64,000 nucleotides of DNA from positions 197,509 to 261,508 of the forward strand of contig CAVPYN010000017.1 in NCBI GenBank assembly GCA_963709995.1, in the 5' to 3' direction. The notes beneath the pieces are model-generated. The model did no database searches. It was not told the origin of the DNA and was given only the letters and a program-made list of their open reading frames with translations. Origin of the DNA: an uncultured Chloroflexia bacterium. Its GTDB lineage: Bacteria > Chloroflexota > Chloroflexia > Thermomicrobiales > CFX8. The position numbers were made by a program, and so were the translations under genes. Below, one piece after another: positions 57,721 through 64,000 of this stretch; within the stretch, counting starts at the first letter, position 1, and each line of letters opens with the position of its first letter.

Positions 57721-58638
57721 CTAACTTCCGCGGGTTCTCGGATCGAGGTAATCGCGCAATCCATCACCAAGCAGATTGAAGCCCACGACGGTCAGCATCA
57801 GCGCAATCCCCGGGAAGGTGAAATACCACCATGCAACCCGGAAGTAGGTGCGCGAATTGGTGATCATCGTCCCCCATTCCGGCGTCGGAGGCTGGGCTCC
57901 AAGACCGATGAAGGAAAGGCTAGAAGTTGCCAGCACCGCGAAACCGATATCGATCGTCCCTTGAATGATGATCGGAGCGGTCGAATTCGGCAGGATATGC
58001 CTCAGCACCAGCCGGTGGGTGCTGACCCCGAGCGCCCGGCCAGCCTCAACATATTCCTGTTCCTTGATCTGGAGAATCTGACCCCGAACAAGGCGGGCAT
58101 ACCACGGCCAATAGACCAGGGTGAGGGCAATGACGGTGTTACGCAAGTTGGGCCCAAGGGCCGCGGCAATCGCCATCGCCAGAATGATCGCGGGAAACGC
58201 CAGGAATATGTCGGTCAACCGCATCAATATCTCGTCAACCATCCCGCCCGCGTATCCGGAAACCACCCCAACCAGCGTTCCGACTGGGATAGCGATGAAG
58301 AGAATCAGCGCAGCAATACCAAGCGAGTACCGTGCGCCGGACATGACCCTGCTCAGCACGTCGCGCCCTATTTCGTCCGTCCCGAACGGGTGCGAAAGCG
58401 ACGGACCGATTAACCGCTCCGAGGCGTTCGTTGCCAGGGGATCATGTGGAGCCAGTAAATCACCGCCGAGACTGAGGAGCAGGAACACGCCAATGATCAC
58501 AAGCGCCACGACATTGAGCGGGCTTTCCGAAGAGAATCGTTTGATGAAGTATTTGAATCCTGAGCGCTTAGCCCGGACACGGGGTTGTCCGGCTTCCTGT
58601 AGGGTTTCTGGAACAACTGCAGTGTCGGTCGTGCTCAT
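57721..58638 (-). CDS. ABC transporter permease (DppC/OppC type)
   Basis: PFGTDEIGRDVLSR N-terminal motif and the EAA-loop region (EQEYVEAGRALGVS). Confidence 0.85.
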   Translation of the reverse strand: MSTTDTAVVPETLQEAGQPRVRAKRSGFKYFIKRFSSESPLNVVALVIIGVFLLLSLGGDLLAPHDPLATNASERLIGPSLSHPFGTDEIGRDVLSRVMSGARYSLGIAALILFIAIPVGTLVGVVSGYAGGMVDEILMRLTDIFLAFPAIILAMAIAAALGPNLRNTVIALTLVYWPWYARLVRGQILQIKEQEYVEAGRALGVSTHRLVLRHILPNSTAPIIIQGTIDIGFAVLATSSLSFIGLGAQPPTPEWGTMITNSRTYFRVAWWYFTFPGIALMLTVVGFNLLGDGLRDYLDPRTRGS

Positions 58639-59645
58639 GTCACTCGAATCCTTGGATCAAGGAACATATAGGCCACATCTACGATCAGGTTCGCCAGCAC
58701 GTACCCGATGCCGATAATCAACGTCACCGAGATCAAAGCATTCGGATCCTGGTTCTGAATGGACTGGAAGGCATAACGGCCAATGCCTGGCCAGGAGAAG
58801 ATGATCTCCACCAGGACGGTGCCAGCGAGTAACAACCCCATTTGCAGACCGATAACGGTCAGCGCCGGTAGGCCCGCATTCTGAATCGCATGCCTCATCA
58901 CCACGGTTTGCTGTCGCAAGCCCTTGGAGCGAGCGGTGCGAATGTAATCCTGATTGAGCACTTCCAGCATCCCCGAACGCATCATCCGGGTAATCGGCGC
59001 GAGCGAAATGAAGCCGAGAGTAAGGACCGGCAGCGCGAGATGTCGCATGGAAGTAACGAACGTACTGAAGTTGAGCGTAAGCAAGGAATCTATCGTGTAG
59101 AAAGTGGTAATTGTTTCTGGCGGATCGGTTCCTATTGGCAGCCTCTGGCCGTCCGGGAACCAGCCGAGCCTGGCGAAGAACACAAACTGAATGACGATTG
59201 CCAGCCAGAATGACGGAACTGACAGGCCCAAAACCGACACAACCCTGCCCACCGCATCGATAAACGAGTCCTTCTTGACCGCGGAAAGTACCCCTAACGG
59301 CACGCCCACGATGAGTCCAAATGCCATTGCCATGAACGCCAGCTCGAGCGTTGCGGGCAGATAACGTCTCAAATCATCAGAAACCGGGCGACGAGAGCTC
59401 AACGAGACGCCAAAATCGAGCTTGACGATGCCCTTCATGTAATTGACATACTGATCCATCACCGGCTGATCAAGGCCAAATTCCTCGCGAACCTTCTGAA
59501 CTGCTTCGGGACTGGCTCGCGGGCCAGCAATGTTGCGGGCAGGGTCGCTCGGGACTAGGCGCATGAGAGTGAACGTTATCGCGGAGAGAGCGATCAGGAC
59601 GAACACGAGGAAGAAAAGCCTGCGGATAATCAAACCGATGACCAT
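58635..59645 (-). CDS. ABC transporter permease (DppB/OppB type)
   Basis: IRRLFFLVFVLIALSAITF N-terminus and EAA loop (QDYIRTARSKGL). Its stop overlaps the next permease start. Confidence 0.85.
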   Translation of the reverse strand: MVIGLIIRRLFFLVFVLIALSAITFTLMRLVPSDPARNIAGPRASPEAVQKVREEFGLDQPVMDQYVNYMKGIVKLDFGVSLSSRRPVSDDLRRYLPATLELAFMAMAFGLIVGVPLGVLSAVKKDSFIDAVGRVVSVLGLSVPSFWLAIVIQFVFFARLGWFPDGQRLPIGTDPPETITTFYTIDSLLTLNFSTFVTSMRHLALPVLTLGFISLAPITRMMRSGMLEVLNQDYIRTARSKGLRQQTVVMRHAIQNAGLPALTVIGLQMGLLLAGTVLVEIIFSWPGIGRYAFQSIQNQDPNALISVTLIIGIGYVLANLIVDVAYMFLDPRIRVT

Positions 59646-59743
59646 TTACGATACTCACTCCCTGCAAGATCGAAGAGATCTCGCGGTTATCGTTTCCCCA
59701 CCCGGACTCTGGTCAATATAGCGGACCGTGACTCGGATTATAG

Positions 59744-61156
59744 ATGAGACGAGCGTTTATGGGTGAACGTAATTTCGAACACGTATGGATGCCTCGTCCG
59801 GCTATCCTCCGTCGAGACTTGACAAGGCATCCATTGACAGGCTTTGTTGCAGCAATGAAATGGCAGCTTGGACTCGGGCGCGAAAATGGACTGGCATTCT
59901 GGGGGCTACTCTTTATCGAAGGGTCGTTCGGCGCCTTCTTTCCAATCTGGCCCCTCTACATGGAGGAACTCGGCGCGCCGATTGCGATCGTCGGACTCCT
60001 GCTTGCCCTCGGGGGAATCTTCCGGCTCTTCGTGCTATTGCCTACGGCTCGAATCTCGACGGCAATCGGCAACCGGCGCTTGCTCCTCGCATCGCGCATT
60101 GTGTCAACAATCGCCATTGCCAGTGCCGCGCTTGCTCCGAGCTGGCAATGGCTTATCCCGGTTCTGCTCGGATCGGCCATCGGCTCAATGGCATTCCCGA
60201 TCCTTCTCGCTCACGTCAGCACGAACGCCCGGGATGGCGACCGAGTGCGCGCATTCTCGATCATCGTTACGATTGGTCCATCGATCGCATTGCTCATCGC
60301 CCCACTTATCTCAAGTGGATTGATCGAGTTTTTTGGCTTACGGGCGCCTTTCGTACTCTCGGCCACATTCTCATTGATTTCGGTGCTCATCCTCACCCGC
60401 ATTACCCAATCAGCGCCCCAGGAGGAGGACGATTCTGAGACTGAAGATGGGGAAGCGCCATCCCGGGGCGGTTACATTTCCGTCTTGCGAAACGTGCCGG
60501 TCAGAAACCTGCTCATTCTCAAGATCCTCGCCGTCTTCGCTCTCGGGATTGGCAGCCAACTGATTCCAAACTATCTCCGGGATGTTGGGAACTACACGGA
60601 CGCGCGCGTCTCTCTACTCTCCGCCTTTTCTGCTCTGGGAACGATCGGTTTTGGCGCGCTAGTGGTCCGCAACCGGAGAGTGAGCAACGCCCCCCTGCTT
60701 GGAGCGGCGTTCGCTATATTTCTCGTATCGATTGGATACGTCCTGTATCTGTTCCCGGAGGTCCTGCCGCTTATCATCATTGCGTTTCTCTTTCGTGGGG
60801 GCATGTTCGGGTCAATTTCCCTGTTCTCGGCGGTGCTTGGTGAATACACCCGGCCTCGAGATCGAGAGCACGTTTTTACCCTGAGCGAGATCGCCATCGT
60901 CCTCGGCTTTTCCACCGCGCCGCTCGTCGCTGGATTGCTCTACGGCGTTGATCCGACGCTGCCCCTGATCGTGTCGGCTTGCGCCGGTATTCCAATCATC
61001 GCCGTGCTTCTCCGGATGAGTACTTCACGACGCCAGGCGAACGACGGAGCGACACTGGAAGATGTCATGATCATCACCCCCGACGACGCGATCTCGCATC
61101 GCGTAATCGAGCAACCAGATCTGGAACGAGATGAAGCTGAAACGAGGTCTCTTTGA
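59744..61156 (+). CDS. MFS transporter
   Basis: About 12 hydrophobic segments with a central acidic loop. The start codon is uncertain. Confidence 0.8.
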   Translation: MRRAFMGERNFEHVWMPRPAILRRDLTRHPLTGFVAAMKWQLGLGRENGLAFWGLLFIEGSFGAFFPIWPLYMEELGAPIAIVGLLLALGGIFRLFVLLPTARISTAIGNRRLLLASRIVSTIAIASAALAPSWQWLIPVLLGSAIGSMAFPILLAHVSTNARDGDRVRAFSIIVTIGPSIALLIAPLISSGLIEFFGLRAPFVLSATFSLISVLILTRITQSAPQEEDDSETEDGEAPSRGGYISVLRNVPVRNLLILKILAVFALGIGSQLIPNYLRDVGNYTDARVSLLSAFSALGTIGFGALVVRNRRVSNAPLLGAAFAIFLVSIGYVLYLFPEVLPLIIIAFLFRGGMFGSISLFSAVLGEYTRPRDREHVFTLSEIAIVLGFSTAPLVAGLLYGVDPTLPLIVSACAGIPIIAVLLRMSTSRRQANDGATLEDVMIITPDDAISHRVIEQPDLERDEAETRSL

Positions 61157-62766
61157 CTGAACAGAGCGAAATGTACAGACAGATCGATGAAGTGATCGAG
61201 CAACAGATCAAAGCGCAGGGACTTCCCGGGCTCGCGCTCGCGATAACCGACAGAGACGGCCTTCTGCACCGCCAAACATATGGCTACGCGTCGCTCGAAG
61301 CCGGAACGCCGCTCGGGACCAAACACGTCTTTGAATGGGGCTCAATCGGGAAGTCATTCACCTGCATTCTGCTCCTGCAACTCGTCGAGCGCGGGCTGAT
61401 CGACCTTCATCAGCCGGTCGACGAACTCTTACCCTGGTTCGAGGTGCAATCCGAATTCGCGCCGATCACGCTCCATCATCTAATGACGCACACGGCAGGC
61501 ATCATCAGGGGCACCGACTTTCCGGCTGACCCACGCTACGAAGTCTGGGCGCTCCGCCATACTCGCGCAGTGAATCCTCCCGGCGAGCACTTTCACTACT
61601 CCAACGTCGCCTACAAAGCGCTGGGACTCGTCATCGAGGCGGTCACGGGCCGGACCTATCAGAACCTCATTCAGGAGCGCATACTGGACCCGCTAGGCAT
61701 GGGCAACAGCACGCCAGCGATCACGCACTCGCTCCGGCGCGACCTTGCCACCGGCTATCAGCATTTCTACGACGATCGCCCATGGCTTCGAGAACATGGA
61801 CTCGCGCCGGCAACCTGGCTTGAAACAGACACCGCGGACGGTTGCCTGGCTGGAACCGCGGACGATCTTGCAGCCTACCTGCGCATGTTGATGAATGGGG
61901 GCAGTGGTCCAGAAGGATCGATCTTGTCGCCTGCGAGTTTTCAAGCGTTGACCGGCCGGCACGTGCCTCTCGATGACCCTGAGAGCGCTGCATATGGCTA
62001 TGGCCTCTACGGATTCGAGGAGGATGGTCACAGCTTCCTCAGCCATGGTGGGGGGATGGTCGGCTACGCATCATCGATAATCGCCGACCTGACCAAAGGA
62101 GTGGGCATCGTCACGCTCGTCAATGGACCGTTCAGCCAACGAACGGTTGTCAAATTTGTCTTCGACGCGATGCAGGCAGGCTGTCAGGGTCTCCCACTTC
62201 CCGCGCCCGAATCTCCCCCAAACCGAACCGCCGACGCAGATGCCGCGTCCTTTGCCAGCGTCTACTACTCGAATAGCGATGATTTCCGGGTGACGGCAAG
62301 CGGCGACCAACTGAACCTGGACTGGGGTAACGAACGAGCACCGCTCCATCCCCACGGTGAGGATACATTTCTGGTCGATCACCCTGACTTCGAACGCTAT
62401 CCGCTTCGTTTTCGCCGCGACGATTGTGGCGCAATCAGCTCGGTCGTCCATGGTGAACGCGTCTGGCACGTTCAACAGGCGAAGCCGGCGGCAAGCGATC
62501 TTCTGGATGAGTGGCAGGCTTTCCCCGGGCACTACCGCAGCCACAATCCGTGGTTGACGAACTTCCGTATCATCCGGCGCGAGGGAACCCTCTTCTTCGT
62601 GTCACCGGATGGCGACGAAGAACCGCTCACCCTACGCGAAGACGGGGTGTTTCGAGTCGGGGATGACCATTCGCCGGAATTCATTCGCTTCGACACCATC
62701 GTCGATGGGCAGGCGTGGCACGCGAACTATAGCGGCTGCGACTTCTACCGGTTCTTCACACCGTAG
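61153..62766 (+). CDS. serine hydrolase (beta-lactamase/class C PBP-like family) with a C-terminal extension
   Basis: SxxK motif in FEWGSIGKSFT, YSN motif (HYSNVAY) and HGGG. The start overlaps the MFS stop. Confidence 0.8.
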   Translation: MTEQSEMYRQIDEVIEQQIKAQGLPGLALAITDRDGLLHRQTYGYASLEAGTPLGTKHVFEWGSIGKSFTCILLLQLVERGLIDLHQPVDELLPWFEVQSEFAPITLHHLMTHTAGIIRGTDFPADPRYEVWALRHTRAVNPPGEHFHYSNVAYKALGLVIEAVTGRTYQNLIQERILDPLGMGNSTPAITHSLRRDLATGYQHFYDDRPWLREHGLAPATWLETDTADGCLAGTADDLAAYLRMLMNGGSGPEGSILSPASFQALTGRHVPLDDPESAAYGYGLYGFEEDGHSFLSHGGGMVGYASSIIADLTKGVGIVTLVNGPFSQRTVVKFVFDAMQAGCQGLPLPAPESPPNRTADADAASFASVYYSNSDDFRVTASGDQLNLDWGNERAPLHPHGEDTFLVDHPDFERYPLRFRRDDCGAISSVVHGERVWHVQQAKPAASDLLDEWQAFPGHYRSHNPWLTNFRIIRREGTLFFVSPDGDEEPLTLREDGVFRVGDDHSPEFIRFDTIVDGQAWHANYSGCDFYRFFTP

Positions 62767-62799
62767 TCGAGCGACTTATCAGGAAAAGGAAGAGACGAG

Positions 62800-63492
62800 A
62801 TGAGATTGATAGACCTCTCACGCGACATCTCCCACCGCGAACCGTCCAATCCTGGAGCGATTCCACCACAGGTATGGGAGTGGCGCAGCCACGTCGAGAC
62901 CGCGCCGCTCCACAACAGCCCCCATTCGTCCGCGAACCGGCTGCTGATTCTGCCTGACCACTCCTCGACGCACGTTGATGCTCCAATGCACTTCGACGCC
63001 TCGCCGGACGCTCCAGACATCGCCAGCCTCCCGCTGGAACGCTTCTATGGCCAAGCAGTCTGTGTCGACGTGTCGAAAACCGCACGCGAGGGATGGATCG
63101 ACGTCGAAGATCTTCAAGCCGGCCTCGCTCACGCCGGACTGTCAATTGAGCCGGACGACATCGTGCTGCTCTATAGCGGGCACTACGAACGGACCTACCC
63201 TCGCCCGGAATTCTTCAGCGCATATCCAGGGCTCACGGCGGGGGTCGCGCGCTGGCTTGCCAATCGCGGTGTGAGAAACTTCGGCGTCGAGGGACCCAAT
63301 CCCGGACATCCGGAAGACAGGGACTTCTGGGTGCACGTCGTGTGTCAGGAGACGGGCATGATTCACATGGAAGGATTGGCGATTCCGGAAGAACTTGCTG
63401 GAAAACGGTTTACGTTCATTGGATTTCCGCTAAAGATTCGCAACGGTTCCGGCTCGCCTATTCGCGCCGTAGCCGTTCTTGATGAAAGTTAA
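62800..63492 (+). CDS. cyclase family protein (kynurenine formamidase-like fold)
   Basis: HSSTHVDAPMHF metal-binding motif and ...GMIHMEGL. Confidence 0.8.
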   Translation: MRLIDLSRDISHREPSNPGAIPPQVWEWRSHVETAPLHNSPHSSANRLLILPDHSSTHVDAPMHFDASPDAPDIASLPLERFYGQAVCVDVSKTAREGWIDVEDLQAGLAHAGLSIEPDDIVLLYSGHYERTYPRPEFFSAYPGLTAGVARWLANRGVRNFGVEGPNPGHPEDRDFWVHVVCQETGMIHMEGLAIPEELAGKRFTFIGFPLKIRNGSGSPIRAVAVLDES

Positions 63493-63495
63493 GCG

Positions 63496-64000
63496 ATGGC
63501 AGATTACGAAGTTCCGACAGGCTGGAGATCAATCTGGGTCTGGGCCCGCGCGCTTTCCGGCCCACTGTGCGGCATTGCCTTCTTCGGCATCACTTTTGTA
63601 GCGACCGGTCTCGGAAGTCCCTTCCAGGGAAGCATCGACACCAATCCGAATGAAGCGGGACGCCTCACCGCAACGGTGCTCATGCGCAACGCTGCTGATG
63701 TCGAGCAATCAAGCCGGGTGGCGCTCGTCGGGCTGTTCTTCCTCTTCTGGTTCATTGGCTTTCTCTACCGCTGGTTGGAACGAGACGACGGCGACGACGG
63801 CTGGATGGCGCCGACCGCGCTCGCCGCGGGGATCACGACCGCAGCCCTGATTGCCGTCAATTTGCAGATCGACATGGCGGTCGGGTTGGTCGACGACTAC
63901 GGCGAAGATTTCGGCGCCGCCAGGGCGCTCGGGGTCCTGGCCTGGACAACCCATATGACGACCGGGGCGACGATGTCGGCATTGATCGCATCGACCGCCT
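63496..64000 (+). CDS. hypothetical membrane protein, 3-prime end cut by the window edge
   Basis: Absent from the ORF track because there is no stop before the window edge. From ATG 63496 it reads MADYEVPTGWRSIWVWARALSGPLCGIAFFGITFVATG...VALVGLFFLFWFIGFLYRW... and stays open to position 64000. Confidence 0.5.
   Translation, partial: MADYEVPTGWRSIWVWARALSGPLCGIAFFGITFVATGLGSPFQGSIDTNPNEAGRLTATVLMRNAADVEQSSRVALVGLFFLFWFIGFLYRWLERDDGDDGWMAPTALAAGITTAALIAVNLQIDMAVGLVDDYGEDFGAARALGVLAWTTHMTTGATMSALIASTA

Noticed and set aside
1-64000. Scan for CRISPR arrays, IS/transposase, integrase, phage structural genes, toxin-antitoxin pairs and known defence-system hallmarks
   Set aside because: I could recognise none by eye. 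The only mobile or polymorphic-toxin-related trace is the RHS fragment at 16391-16600.

Overview
GC-rich bacterial chromosomal segment, densely coding on both strands and mostly housekeeping or catabolic. I saw no rRNA, tRNA, CRISPR array, transposase, integrase or prophage signature. Recognisable content: a short nuoA-B-C-D cluster; maf; a RumA-type rRNA methyltransferase; a class A PBP with a PASTA tail; mnmA; hemA-hemL; an Hsp20 gene; and a CPA1 antiporter. The window is unusually rich in peptidases and amidohydrolases (two M24, M81/MlrC, M19, M28, an AstE/AspA-like M14 relative, an S1 protease, an amidase). It also holds two divergent family-5 peptide-binding lipoproteins and an isolated DppB/DppC-type permease pair. 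Points worth a second look: (1) A SelW/Rdx-family gene at 28469-28705 is invisible to the ORF track because its CxxU redox motif uses an in-frame TGA; it has a perfect SD, a hairpin 16 nt downstream of the TGA and a clean terminator. (2) At least ten frame disruptions are concentrated in six otherwise well-conserved genes (nuoD x3, a lipoprotein x3, and MlrC, a dynamin-like GTPase, a PF06475-like gene and a large hydrolase-like gene x1 each), while long neighbouring genes are intact. This means either local pseudogenisation or assembly error. (3) A KamB/NpmA-like 16S rRNA m1A1408 methyltransferase, a candidate aminoglycoside resistance gene. (4) A GatC/AtzG-like 66-aa ORF coupled to an amidase. 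(5) An orphan RHS-core C-terminal fragment. (6) A translationally coupled NUDIX gene plus two tandem paralogous unknown genes. I found no convincing multi-gene novel system; the candidates above are the best leads. All family assignments come from motif recognition by eye, not from searches. The taxon is uncertain: the style of the proteins suggests Chloroflexota/Thermomicrobia-like or another GC-rich Terrabacteria lineage, but that is only an inference.
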